DNA of 64,000 bases from a virus (Duplodnaviria; Caudoviricetes): IMG/VR virus record IMGVR_UViG_3300028886_000045; one strand, written 5' to 3'. The stretch's first letter is position 1; the number at the start of each line of letters is the position of its first letter. Positions 38,059 to 47,452 of this stretch are shown in pieces. Position numbers and translations under genes: made by a program. The notes beneath the pieces are model-generated. The model saw nothing but the letters and a program-made list of their open reading frames with translations, had not been told where the DNA came from and searched no databases.

Positions 38059-38718
38059 TCAAGAAACGTAATCGGCAAAGTTATCCGCAGCCTTCAAAGC
38101 CTCCGCCCTTGTTTCAATTATCTTTGTACCCCTCATTCTGAATGGCACGACTTCAACAATTCCATTTTTCAATGTATCATTAAAACTCCATGCGTCATCA
38201 TCTTTGTCATATTCTTTTAGCACTTTTATAAGTGCCTTACGGAATGACTTATTATTACAGTACATTACTTTCGTCTTTTCGGTTTCGTGCCCAATATCAA
38301 AAAGCATATCGCCTACACCGAAACCCATGCACGCACGGTGTGAAAAGCCGTAATACTTTAGGGTTTTAGTATTGAAAACGACTTGTGGATGACCTACAAC
38401 CTTACGCCACCCCTCGCCAACCAATATCCAAGGCATATCCTCAATGTGGTAACTGCTTCCGTCTGCTATCACAACCAACTTTTCAAATTGGCTATTCCAA
38501 CCGAATATACCACATAACTTATTCTTTCCGTATTCGGAAAAGCCGTTTACATAACGCTTTCTTACCGAAAAGTACACGTTACCAAACAACTTCCAAGCCT
38601 TGATACACATATCCTTACCGCCTGCACATCCCCTTATGTAATAAGGATAGCCGTTTTCTAACTTGACATAAGCCTCGCCATTAAAGCATTTAATCTTACT
38701 TAAAAGGTCTTTTATCAT
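38059..38718 (-). CDS. Hypothetical protein
   Basis: 219 aa; YGFSHRA..GFGVGD motif. Confidence 0.7.
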   Translation of the reverse strand: MIKDLLSKIKCFNGEAYVKLENGYPYYIRGCAGGKDMCIKAWKLFGNVYFSVRKRYVNGFSEYGKNKLCGIFGWNSQFEKLVVIADGSSYHIEDMPWILVGEGWRKVVGHPQVVFNTKTLKYYGFSHRACMGFGVGDMLFDIGHETEKTKVMYCNNKSFRKALIKVLKEYDKDDDAWSFNDTLKNGIVEVVPFRMRGTKIIETRAEALKAADNFADYVS

Positions 38719-38819
38719 TTCCTTTATGCTTTTTTTTATTTATTCTACACTTGTCCGAACATCTGCAAGGGGCGTTCAAATCGCCACCGCAAAATCCGTA
38801 ACCTTCTATATCTTCGTAC

Positions 38820-39086
38820 TTAAACTTTTTGCATTCCCCGCAATACATTGCTAACTTTCAAATACAGACTGCAACAACAGTGGTTTTCCTTGCGATAACC
38901 GCTACAAGGGCAATTTTTCTCCTCGCTTTCGTTATGACATGGGCATTCGCCATTATTGCGTATAAGTCCTTTGATTATACCATTTACGATTTTCTCATTT
39001 GGGTTTAATATCCACCCCTCTTTGACATTAGCCTTGACATAAGCAAGGATAAAGTCTTTGTTTTTCTCTAATTCTTCTTTTGTCAT
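38820..39086 (-). CDS. Ferredoxin-thioredoxin reductase catalytic subunit-like protein
   Basis: LNPN..GL..N..CPC..CPC..CCCSLY cysteine pattern. Confidence 0.8.
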   Translation of the reverse strand: MTKEELEKNKDFILAYVKANVKEGWILNPNEKIVNGIIKGLIRNNGECPCHNESEEKNCPCSGYRKENHCCCSLYLKVSNVLRGMQKV

Positions 39087-39439
39087 TTAACCTTGAAATT
39101 ATCCGCTAATTCTACCAAACCGCATATCCTTAGACTCTGTTGGAATTTATGCACAAACGAAGGGAAAGGCAAACGAAAATTCCCACCATCCGTATATACA
39201 TCCATACCCCTATACAACCATATCTTGATATTGTCTTTGTGGTACAGATAGCACCCTTCATCTATTTTCTTGAAACCATTCAGCAAAAGCAAGGTCTGCG
39301 TAAGAATCATAACACCTATTCCTTCATCGGAATATTTTACATAATCCGACACCGTCCATTGCCTTATGTTGCTATCCACAGCATCATGGAAACTAAACCA
39401 ATCCCCTATCTGCGGTCTTATATTGTTTGTATTATCCAT
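39083..39439 (-). CDS. Hypothetical protein, paralog of 39452-39820
   Basis: PQIGDWF.F.D..DS..R.W.VSDY.KY and QQSLR.CGL.ELA shared. Confidence 0.75.
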   Translation of the reverse strand: MDNTNNIRPQIGDWFSFHDAVDSNIRQWTVSDYVKYSDEGIGVMILTQTLLLLNGFKKIDEGCYLYHKDNIKIWLYRGMDVYTDGGNFRLPFPSFVHKFQQSLRICGLVELADNFKVK

Positions 39440-39451
39440 AAGCCAAAAGCA

Positions 39452-39820
39452 CTAAATCATTGGGCTTTTATCTTTTACTTCAAATCTTTCTGCTAATTCC
39501 GACAAACCACAAACCCTCAATGATTGTTGGTATTCATGCACATAATATGGCATTGGCAGAATACTACGAGCCTTACCCTCTATACTTACCACCATTATAT
39601 CATTTGCCACTATTACGCACACGCCATTTTGCGAAAGAACACAATGTCCCCTACCATACGGCTTAAATCCATTGCAAGAAAGCAAATACCTTGACAAAAC
39701 CACGCCCTCAATATTCACGTTGAAATATTTGGCATAGTCTGACACCTCCCATTTCCTTACTTTGGAATCCAACGTATCATAGAACGTGAACCAATCACCG
39801 ATTTGTGGTTTTATTGCCAT
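39452..39820 (-). CDS. Hypothetical protein, paralog of 39083-39439
   Basis: Same shared motifs as 39083-39439. Confidence 0.75.
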   Translation of the reverse strand: MAIKPQIGDWFTFYDTLDSKVRKWEVSDYAKYFNVNIEGVVLSRYLLSCNGFKPYGRGHCVLSQNGVCVIVANDIMVVSIEGKARSILPMPYYVHEYQQSLRVCGLSELAERFEVKDKSPMI

Positions 39821-40033
39821 AACTAAATCATTGGAATTTTACCAACATTTTGCTTGAAATAGCCGTATGCCGTAGCAAAAATCTTTAGCACCCTTTCCTT
39901 TGTTTCTTCGTCAAACACGTTAGGGTCTATCGAGGTGAGTCCATCGTCTGAAAACGAAAGACTATATGAATCATTTTCCACATCGTCATTCAGTTGCACC
40001 ATAAGCAACTTTGGATGTGGCACTTTTCTTAAT

Positions 40034-40534
40034 TTATTCTCCATTGCTTTCCGAATTTTCAAATTTAACGATTTCTATGCCCGCCTCCTTCAGCAAATCC
40101 AAACCGCTTGTGTCGTGGTAATCCCTATCATACACCAAACGCACAATACCTGCTTGTACCATCATCTTAGCACAATGAATACAAGGCGCATCCGTGCAGT
40201 ACATTGTAGCACCGTCACTACTATGTGTACTTTTGGCTACCTTTGTAATGGCATTCGCCTCCGCGTGCAAAACCTCATCCTTTGTCTTTAGGATATTCCC
40301 ATTTCTGACCGCCCTATCAAATTCTGCTTGTGACCTTGCACGGATAACCACGCCATCGCTAACGTAATCCTCACACCAATTAGGAAATCCGCTCGGTGTT
40401 CCATTATATCCGTCACTAATGATAGTTCTATCCTTGACCATTAAAGCACCAACCTTGCGCCTTATAGCCTTGGATGATGTTGCCCATATATGCGCCATTT
40501 GCATATACTTGCTGTCCGCTTCTTTCTGCGTCAT
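40034..40534 (-). CDS. dCMP deaminase
   Basis: KVGA..GYNGTP, HAEANAI and PCIHC zinc motifs. Confidence 0.93.
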   Translation of the reverse strand: MTQKEADSKYMQMAHIWATSSKAIRRKVGALMVKDRTIISDGYNGTPSGFPNWCEDYVSDGVVIRARSQAEFDRAVRNGNILKTKDEVLHAEANAITKVAKSTHSSDGATMYCTDAPCIHCAKMMVQAGIVRLVYDRDYHDTSGLDLLKEAGIEIVKFENSESNGE

Positions 40535-40556
40535 AGAAATTTCTTAAAATATGTTG

Positions 40557-40605
40557 CAAAGGTACTAATTTTCTACCAACTTTCCAAACTTTACGCCAAC
40601 TTTTT
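40557..40605 (-). promoter_or_regulatory. Class I promoter without pseudoknot
   Basis: TACCTTTG at 40557-40564, with TTTG and AAAAAGTTGG upstream. Confidence 0.65.
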
Positions 40606-40615
40606 ACAAAGTTTT

Positions 40616-41017
40616 TTAATTTGCAATCTGTATATCGAAAGGCTTGCTAATATCTATCATATCATCGTAGGTATAGCACACCTCGCTTTCCGTCCCACCC
40701 TTTAGGACTTTGGCAATCAAAGGGAATATCTTTATATCCCCCTTGGTACGATATTTGCCCCCATGCACCTTAAACCCCCTATAAAAGCCTACAATGTAAG
40801 TTTTCTCCCCATAACGGTTCAATCCGAACAACTGAACCTTTGCGCCTAACGGAATAGGCAGTTTTTGGGCAAACTTTCCACACATAATTTCATGCACTTT
40901 CCTTATGTGCTTTCGGTGCTCTTCCAACTGCTTTTGCAATTCCGTTTCCGTTTGAAACATTTTCTCGCGCTTTTTAAGGAAATCGGGAAAATTGCCGTAG
41001 AAATCAGTTATTACCAT
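40616..41017 (-). CDS. Hypothetical protein
   Basis: 133 aa; weak similarity to the 56960-58310 family (coiled coil + G.....P...K..K.G). Confidence 0.7.
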   Translation of the reverse strand: MVITDFYGNFPDFLKKREKMFQTETELQKQLEEHRKHIRKVHEIMCGKFAQKLPIPLGAKVQLFGLNRYGEKTYIVGFYRGFKVHGGKYRTKGDIKIFPLIAKVLKGGTESEVCYTYDDMIDISKPFDIQIAN

Positions 41018-41026
41018 ACTTTCGTG

Positions 41027-41341
41027 TTAAGCATTCTCTGTTTTCTTGACATAATCCCTCATCAAACGCTTCTTTGCGTTCTTCAAGTTCAAAGCCTCAA
41101 TGTAGATACAATCCTTTTCAATCGTAACCTTTTTGTTCTTTGCTACTGTCCCATTGTAATTTATGGTTGCAGTACCTACCACATCGGCAATCTTCCACTC
41201 GCCCGTCTTTACGTTGAACGAATACAATGTGTGACCATTTCGGTGTTTCATACAACCGATTTTCTTGTACTCAGTCTTTTCTTTCTGTGTCACTTCTTGA
41301 CGCACTTTCTTGTCAAAGTGAAAAATCTTATCTAACAGCAT
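41027..41341 (-). CDS. Hypothetical protein
   Basis: GHTLYSFN..YIEALN.KNA motif. Confidence 0.7.
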   Translation of the reverse strand: MLLDKIFHFDKKVRQEVTQKEKTEYKKIGCMKHRNGHTLYSFNVKTGEWKIADVVGTATINYNGTVAKNKKVTIEKDCIYIEALNLKNAKKRLMRDYVKKTENA

Positions 41342-41528
41342 ATTCTATATATTTTTTAATTAATTTATCGGTGTTATCAAATCGCAAAGGTGATAAAGGA
41401 AATAGACGATATGCCCATCGGGTTCGGAACATACCACGAAACCGCCCTTTTCATCCCTTCTTCTTACTTCGTAACGTCTTCTTTCGTGAAGAATAACGTC
41501 CCCCTTTTTCAGTCGCTTGTATTGATAC

Positions 41529-42005
41529 CTATTCATTTTCTAATTCGTTTATCTCGCCTAACACCCTTTTGGCGTTATGGCTTTTCTTCTTTACGCGCTT
41601 ACTTTGTACTTCCAATTCGCTTTCAACTTTCCTTTCATTGGCGAACTCCTTGCTATCTATGCGCCTAACGCTTTTCACAACCCCCGAAATCCACCTCCGC
41701 ATCGTTCCCCTACTGCAATCATCCAATAAGTTGGTACAGTAAAGATTTGCGTCTTCCAAATCAAAGACAAAGCCTTGGTAGCATACATCATACGCAAAAT
41801 GTGAGGTTTCTATGTGAAGCCTATCACCACGTTTTACACCCCACGTTTCGTTAAAGTCGTTTTCGCGCTTTTCGACATATTGTTTTCTTAGCGTTGCTAA
41901 CTTTATGTTTAGGCGTTGGATTTCAAGTTTAAGGATTTTCTCCTCGCGCCTAAACTCCAAACGCCCTACACCTTTTTTCTTGTTTACCTTTTTGCGTTTC
42001 CGCAT
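41529..42005 (-). CDS. Hypothetical protein
   Basis: 158-aa ORF. Confidence 0.6.
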   Translation of the reverse strand: MRKRKKVNKKKGVGRLEFRREEKILKLEIQRLNIKLATLRKQYVEKRENDFNETWGVKRGDRLHIETSHFAYDVCYQGFVFDLEDANLYCTNLLDDCSRGTMRRWISGVVKSVRRIDSKEFANERKVESELEVQSKRVKKKSHNAKRVLGEINELENE

Positions 42006-42460
42006 AACTCCTCAAATCTGTTTTCTATTGCCCTTCGCAATTTACGCGCCTTTGGTACTACACCCCCATTGCAAATTTCGTCATACTGACTTCTTAGGGC
42101 TTCATACATGGCGTTATCTATGCAATCACTATCAAGCGCATTTCGTAAGTCCCTCAGTTCTTTAGTGATTTTCTGTTTTCTTTCGCTTTCTTCTGCGCGA
42201 ATTTCCTTCAGTCGCGCCCTTTCGCTTTGGTACTTATCAATAATGTTTTCCGTTAGCGATTTTTTGTGTGTGTACTTCTGTGAACTTGTTAAATGATAGC
42301 CACCACACGCCTCGCAATAATACGCCCTTTGTGGCGCGTGTCCGTTTTCTTGCATTTCTTCTGCATTGAACTTTAAGAAAGTCATTGCCTTCTTTTCAGT
42401 TTCAAATAGCATTTTTAATCGCCCACAATCACGGCAAAACACACGATTCTTTGGCTTCAT
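41984..42460 (-). CDS. Hypothetical zinc-binding protein
   Basis: CRDC and RAYYCEACGGYHLTS motifs. Confidence 0.7.
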   Translation of the reverse strand: MKPKNRVFCRDCGRLKMLFETEKKAMTFLKFNAEEMQENGHAPQRAYYCEACGGYHLTSSQKYTHKKSLTENIIDKYQSERARLKEIRAEESERKQKITKELRDLRNALDSDCIDNAMYEALRSQYDEICNGGVVPKARKLRRAIENRFEELCGNAKR

Positions 42461-42526
42461 ACCCTATTAGTGACAGTTTGTTACGGTTGTCCCTTCCGCT
42501 TGAAATGTTAATATATTAAATGTATT

Positions 42527-42877
42527 TTAGTCTCCATTCTGACTATTGACGAAACTATAAAGTCCATCCAAGTCACGGCTTGCATACTTCTTTTGTAAAG
42601 CCTCGACTATGCCACCAAAGCAATCCTTTAGGCTTTTCATATATTCGCGTCCATTATGATTTGTCCAATTTTCGCGATACCATTTGCCTTGATAGTTTCC
42701 GACCGTGAACGCATCACCGCCAAAAGCATCCACCATATAGTCGGCATAGAACCAATCACAATCCTTGCATTCTCTGATTTTTACAATGTTGAAAATACCG
42801 CGCTTTTTAAGCACCACGCTTACACTATTTGCAAAACTCTTGAATGATTCGTAGTCATTTACGATGATATACCCCAT
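42527..42877 (-). CDS. Hypothetical protein, paralog of 42998-43360
   Basis: Shared MVDAFGGDA, QGKWY.EN.T and NSQN motifs. Confidence 0.8.
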   Translation of the reverse strand: MGYIIVNDYESFKSFANSVSVVLKKRGIFNIVKIRECKDCDWFYADYMVDAFGGDAFTVGNYQGKWYRENWTNHNGREYMKSLKDCFGGIVEALQKKYASRDLDGLYSFVNSQNGD

Positions 42878-42885
42878 ATCTCGGT

Positions 42886-42911
42886 GGCTTTGTTATTCTC
42901 TTAGCCGTGAG
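42886..42911 (-). ncRNA. 5'-leader pseudoknot, copy 6
   Basis: CUC AC GGCU AA GAG AAUAACAA AGCC; AUG at 42877; -7 box at 42938-42945. Confidence 0.8.
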
Positions 42912-42997
42912 TTCTAATCAGTTCTTTATTTACAATGCAAAGGTACGAAAAAGTTTTGAATTACGCAAATTTTTCACAAACTTTTTACCAACTTTTT

Positions 42998-43360
42998 TTA
43001 GTCTTCATTCTGACTATTGATAAAGTCGCAAAGTTCTTGTGTGTTGCGCACTTTGAATAGTTCTACCAAAGCATCTGAAACGCCATCAAAGCACTCCTCG
43101 AAACTATCCTTAAACTCGCGTTCTGTGCCTTTCGTGAAATTCTCACAATACCATTTGCCTTGCAAGCAACCTACCATATAAGCATCACCGCCAAAGGCAT
43201 CCACCATGAAACTTGCAAGAAACCAATCAAAATCCGCGTAATTGCGTGTCTTTACCATGTTGAAAACACCTTGCTTATTAAGCAACTTGCTAATAAGTGA
43301 TACGCTACACTTGAAATCCTCATAGTTTTCAACAGCCATATTCAAACCATTCAAATCCAT
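42998..43360 (-). CDS. Hypothetical protein, paralog of 42527-42877
   Basis: Same shared motifs as 42527-42877. Confidence 0.8.
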   Translation of the reverse strand: MDLNGLNMAVENYEDFKCSVSLISKLLNKQGVFNMVKTRNYADFDWFLASFMVDAFGGDAYMVGCLQGKWYCENFTKGTEREFKDSFEECFDGVSDALVELFKVRNTQELCDFINSQNED

Positions 43361-43369
43361 AAACCTTGT

Positions 43370-43395
43370 GACCTTGTTATCCTCTCGGTCGTGAG
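43370..43395 (-). ncRNA. 5'-leader pseudoknot, copy 7
   Basis: CUC AC GACC GA GAG GAUAACAA GGUC; AUG at 43360; -7 box at 43431-43438. Confidence 0.8.
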
Positions 43396-43561
43396 TTCTA
43401 ATTGATTAACTTGTTTTCTTAATTACAATGCAAAGGTACGCATTTTTTTTGAAACTACCAAATATTTTACCAACTTTTTTTCAAAAAAAAATCATTTTTG
43501 TGTGTTTATTGCCAAAACCGCAAAAAAACACCCCCTTATTATAAGGGGATGCTTGAAATAT

Positions 43562-43867
43562 TTACTTTGCGCTCATTATATCCACAAACATCTTTGCAAG
43601 TTGCTTGTTTACTTCGTCAATCACCTCCTTTACGGCTGTGTACTGACCGCCCAATCTTTCAAGTGCCTTTTCAGCCTTTGCAACGTCTTCCAAGTTCTGT
43701 GCGAATAATTGCGCACCGCTTTCTACCAAAAGGTAACGCTTTTTCAGTTGCGCCAACTCCTTTTTAAGATACTTTACGTTAAGCATCTTACCTTCTTCTT
43801 TCATGAGGTTTTCGTAGAATGACTTCTTTTCGTTGTAGTACTCATTCTTGTATTCTCTAATCTTCAT
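43562..43867 (-). CDS. Hypothetical coiled-coil protein
   Basis: 101-aa ORF behind pseudoknot copy 8. Confidence 0.7.
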   Translation of the reverse strand: MKIREYKNEYYNEKKSFYENLMKEEGKMLNVKYLKKELAQLKKRYLLVESGAQLFAQNLEDVAKAEKALERLGGQYTAVKEVIDEVNKQLAKMFVDIMSAK

Positions 43868-43876
43868 ATCTTCTGT

Positions 43877-43902
43877 GGCTTTGTTATTCTCTTAGCCGTG
43901 AG
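43877..43902 (-). ncRNA. 5'-leader pseudoknot, copy 8
   Basis: CUC AC GGCU AA GAG AAUAACAA AGCC; AUG at 43867; -7 box at 43937-43944. Confidence 0.8.
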
Positions 43903-44039
43903 TTCTAAAAGTTATTGTCGTTTCTTAATTACAATGCAAAGGTACGAAAAATATTTGAAACCACCAAATTTTTTGACAACTTTTTTCAAGAAAAGACACA
44001 AAAAAATCGTAAGGGTTCATTCCCCTACGATTTCTTCAC

Positions 44040-44993
44040 CTACAAACGCTTGAAACTTTCTATTTCTTCGTCTGTCATACCGAAATGCAAACCAAGCATT
44101 TCTATCTTATCATCCAACTCGCCCAACGCTTTCTTTCCAAAGTTTCGCAATTTCAAGAAATCCGTCTTATTATGTCTTACAACATCTTCTATTGTGTTGG
44201 CATCCGCATAATTAAGGCAATTCAGAACCCTAACGGAAAAGTTCATTTCCCTAACCCTTGTTTTCAGTAGTTGCACCTTTTCTATGTCATAGCCACTTAT
44301 AGCATATTCTGCCCTTGCGTTTTCGATTTTGACTTTATCCCCACGCTTTGCCAACTTTACCTTTTCACGCAACTCGTACTCGCAAAGCCTTTTCGCCAAC
44401 TTCTTTTGGTTCAGTTCCAAGGTGTGTATATGTTCCCTTTGTAGGATTGTCTTTCTTTTCAGTTCTTCACAACGCCTTTCCGTTTCTTGCAGTTCGCTAA
44501 TACGCTTTGATGCTTTCCGCAAAGTCTTAGCCAACCGAACCGTCATTAGTTGTCGTGATAGCCTCTGCAAACGCCTTGGGTTGTAGGTCTTTTGTGACGA
44601 AAAGAATTGTATCATCAAATCCATATAGTCATCATCAACCTTTATCCCCATGCCACTTATCACACTCATTAGGTCTTTCATCGCAGTCAGATAATAACCG
44701 CCCTTATCCCCCATAATCGCACGTTGCACCGACTGAATTTGTGCGTGATATTCATGGAGTTTCCGTGTTAGTTCTTCTCTGCTTTCCGCTATTGCATTAT
44801 CAAGTGTCGCAACCTCTTCGACCTTTGGCAGATTATCAAACATGGTTTCTTTGTCTATATACACCATGTTCCCAATCCGCTTTGTCTTGAAATAGCCCTT
44901 TTCTACATAGTTGGAAACCGTTTGGACTGAAACCCCCAATATATCCGCTACTTGCTTACGCCCTATATATGTAGCATTAATTGTTTTTGCCAT
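44040..44993 (-). CDS. HTH + coiled coil + RNA polymerase alpha-subunit C-terminal domain fusion
   Basis: N-terminal QVADILGVSVQTVSNYVEKG; C-terminal FSVRVLNCL..TIEDVV..FLKLRNFGKKALGEL..LGLHFGM. Confidence 0.85.
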   Translation of the reverse strand: MAKTINATYIGRKQVADILGVSVQTVSNYVEKGYFKTKRIGNMVYIDKETMFDNLPKVEEVATLDNAIAESREELTRKLHEYHAQIQSVQRAIMGDKGGYYLTAMKDLMSVISGMGIKVDDDYMDLMIQFFSSQKTYNPRRLQRLSRQLMTVRLAKTLRKASKRISELQETERRCEELKRKTILQREHIHTLELNQKKLAKRLCEYELREKVKLAKRGDKVKIENARAEYAISGYDIEKVQLLKTRVREMNFSVRVLNCLNYADANTIEDVVRHNKTDFLKLRNFGKKALGELDDKIEMLGLHFGMTDEEIESFKRL

Positions 44994-45345
44994 TCTTTCG
45001 CTTCTTTTTCCTTGCAAGGCGTTTCCGTTCATTGTAACGCGCACGCTCTTCGCTCGTCATGCTATCGTACCTTTCCTTTGCCTTGCGCTTGATTTCTTCT
45101 TTGTTCCTTTCGTAACGCCTTTTGTTATACGCCTTACGCTCCTCCTCCGACATAGCGGAATATGTAGCGTTTCCGTCATACCCCTTTTCCTTCTGCTTTA
45201 GATACACGGCATGACGATACAACCTTTTTTCCGTTGCTGACTTATTCGCCCTTCTTTCACGCGCCTTTTCCAACAACCTTTCCCTATTGGCTTCGTAGTA
45301 AGCCTTATTTAACTCCTTACGGTTTTTTTTCTGTTTCTGTGTCAT
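44977..45345 (-). CDS. Highly basic hypothetical protein
   Basis: Y.E.N.E..K repeats. Confidence 0.65.
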   Translation of the reverse strand: MTQKQKKNRKELNKAYYEANRERLLEKARERRANKSATEKRLYRHAVYLKQKEKGYDGNATYSAMSEEERKAYNKRRYERNKEEIKRKAKERYDSMTSEERARYNERKRLARKKKRKNGKNN

Positions 45346-45538
45346 TCTTTATCTGATTTTCCAACATCAGACGCAAAGCGGAAATATCGCTTTCCAACTC
45401 CGCGACCCTTTGCCGATTGTAACTTAAACTTGTTTGCTTTCCGCGTATCAAACGCCTTATCGCTTGCACTTTCTGCTTTTGGTCTTGGTTCATTATTCCT
45501 ATACCGAACCTTACACCATTTTCTTTTTCTGTTATCAT
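45317..45538 (-). CDS. Hypothetical protein
   Basis: 73-aa ORF. Confidence 0.6.
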   Translation of the reverse strand: MITEKENGVRFGIGIMNQDQKQKVQAIRRLIRGKQTSLSYNRQRVAELESDISALRLMLENQIKNDTETEKKP

Positions 45539-45570
45539 ATCTTAATTCTTAAAAGGTGGAACATCATTAA

Positions 45571-45801
45571 CTATCGGTTTCTGTCGGCAAAATCCGCAAA
45601 GTCCCTTAGATAGTATTCACGCATTTTTTCCCCATGCTTCAACGCTATCCATTTTTTAGCAACCGCTAATGTTTCTTTACGCATATCTGCCAACAGACTC
45701 CTTACGTTGCTTGTGTGCACATAATAATCGCTATCTTTAGCATAGGTGCTTATCTCGTCCAAAGATTCAGCAACCTCTTCGATTCTGTTGTCTATGTTCA
45801 T
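45571..45801 (-). CDS. Hypothetical protein
   Basis: 76-aa ORF coupled to the upstream gene. Confidence 0.65.
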   Translation of the reverse strand: MNIDNRIEEVAESLDEISTYAKDSDYYVHTSNVRSLLADMRKETLAVAKKWIALKHGEKMREYYLRDFADFADRNR

Positions 45802-46115
45802 GCCATATCCTTATAAACCATTCTAATCCAACACTTGACGATGACCTCGTTATGCTTGAAAACAGACTCCTTCTCTTGCTTGCTTAGATGGTATTCAACA
45901 AATTTGATTTCCTTAAAATCAATGTTTGTCGCAACCAAGACGAAAGCACCGTCTGAATTGCGGATGTAAAGGTTCGTTTCGCTGTTTGAATTACGGCTAA
46001 TGCAATGCAACTTGAAACATAAGTTTCCGTACTTATAGATGTGTGAAGCACTACCTTCGCGGTCTGAACACTTTACTACGCTGTAAATTGTTTCTACATC
46101 CTTCCAATTCTTCAT
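45798..46115 (-). CDS. Hypothetical protein
   Basis: Start reassigned to 46115 (MKNWKD) from the leader position. Confidence 0.7.
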   Translation of the reverse strand: MKNWKDVETIYSVVKCSDREGSASHIYKYGNLCFKLHCISRNSNSETNLYIRNSDGAFVLVATNIDFKEIKFVEYHLSKQEKESVFKHNEVIVKCWIRMVYKDMA

Positions 46116-46124
46116 ATCTTTTGT

Positions 46125-46150
46125 GGTCTTTATATCCCCTTGACCGTGGG
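46125..46150 (-). ncRNA. 5'-leader pseudoknot, copy 9
   Basis: CCC AC GGUC AA GGG GAUAUAAA GACC; AUG at 46115; -7 box at 46185-46192. Confidence 0.8.
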
Positions 46151-46507
46151 GGTTAATATTCAACTTATTTTCTTAATCACAATGCAAAGGTACAAATATT
46201 TTTTGAATTACGCAAATTTTTTACCAACTTTTTTTTCAAAAAAATGGATTTTTCCTACTTTAGCAAAATTCAAGCGGTGTAAATTGTGCGTTTTTACGGC
46301 TTTTATATACTTTGTCCTACAACTTACCACCTTATTACATAATATGCTTTCATACGGCTTGTTTGTGGGTGCTTTCGGCTTATCTTACTCTTACACAATA
46401 AGGTCTTTGCTATATACCAAATACAAACGATTTAGGGGAAATCCCCCCTTAATTTCCCCTAATTTCCCATAATGTTCCTATACGCACCGCCTTGGCACAA
46501 AAAAATA

Positions 46508-46531
46508 GGGTGGCGTTTCACAACGCTACCC
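46508..46531 (-). terminator. Intrinsic terminator
   Basis: gggtggcgtt-tcac-aacgctaccc plus U tract. Confidence 0.7.
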
Positions 46532-46567
46532 CATCCGTAAACCTAATGATTAACTAATATATTACTA

Positions 46568-47452
46568 CTAAAACTCAAACTCGTTCTCCAAGAACTCGAC
46601 CATAAGGCGGTTCATTGGTAGGACTTGTGGCATATCCAAAGTCTTCACTTTGTAAAGTTCGGTAGCCGAATCGTACAAGTCCCAAACCGAAAGCCTTTGT
46701 GCGCTTTCGTATCGCTTCAACAAGTCTTCTGTGTAAAGCGAAATCTGCGCTTGGTTAAGCGGATAATCGGGCGCACCCACAAAGTGTTTGCTATCATGCT
46801 TTACCCTTACGGCTGTAAGCATACCGATAAGCCTTAGTGTCTCGTCCGCTGTGACACTTATCTCCTTCATGCGTTCTATACGCTTGCGGTCTGTTTCGAC
46901 AATGTGACGCGCGTCAATCAGCCACGACTTAACCGTGTCTATCAGACTTGGTACGGATATTTTCTCGTTACCGTAGGTGCTCGCGTACTTATCCTTTGCA
47001 AGCATACATTGGTTGTGGCAGATTATTACGTTAGTGCCAAAACCGACTTGGATGCCCCTTTGATGGTATGCAACCGCCAAATTGGTTGTGTGCTCTTGTG
47101 TATCGAAATCCTTGATGCGGATATTCGCAAACACGCGCCTTAGTGTGTGCGCTTCAACGGCACGCTCGCCATACTGCTCCTCAAAGCGTGGGCAAAGTGT
47201 AACCCCCGGCGTTCTGCCATCTTTGTTCTGTGCCGCGAACAAATCCCATATCTCGGTTTCATAGCCGACCTCCTTTGACATTGCGCTTAAATCGTCAAGG
47301 AGTTGAAAATGGTATATACCAAAGTTAGGTAAGCCCGTATTGCCATCAATCTCCTTATAGGTCTTGCGCAACTGCTCCATAGTGATGTCTTGTACCTTAA
47401 CATCCTTGAAATCCAAAAACTGAGTACCGTTTGTAACTGAAAGATTTTCCAT
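46568..47452 (-). CDS. DUF932-like protein
   Basis: IQVGFG.NV.ICHNQ and SVWDLY..ATE motifs; class I promoter at 47544-47551. Confidence 0.65.
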   Translation of the reverse strand: MENLSVTNGTQFLDFKDVKVQDITMEQLRKTYKEIDGNTGLPNFGIYHFQLLDDLSAMSKEVGYETEIWDLFAAQNKDGRTPGVTLCPRFEEQYGERAVEAHTLRRVFANIRIKDFDTQEHTTNLAVAYHQRGIQVGFGTNVIICHNQCMLAKDKYASTYGNEKISVPSLIDTVKSWLIDARHIVETDRKRIERMKEISVTADETLRLIGMLTAVRVKHDSKHFVGAPDYPLNQAQISLYTEDLLKRYESAQRLSVWDLYDSATELYKVKTLDMPQVLPMNRLMVEFLENEFEF

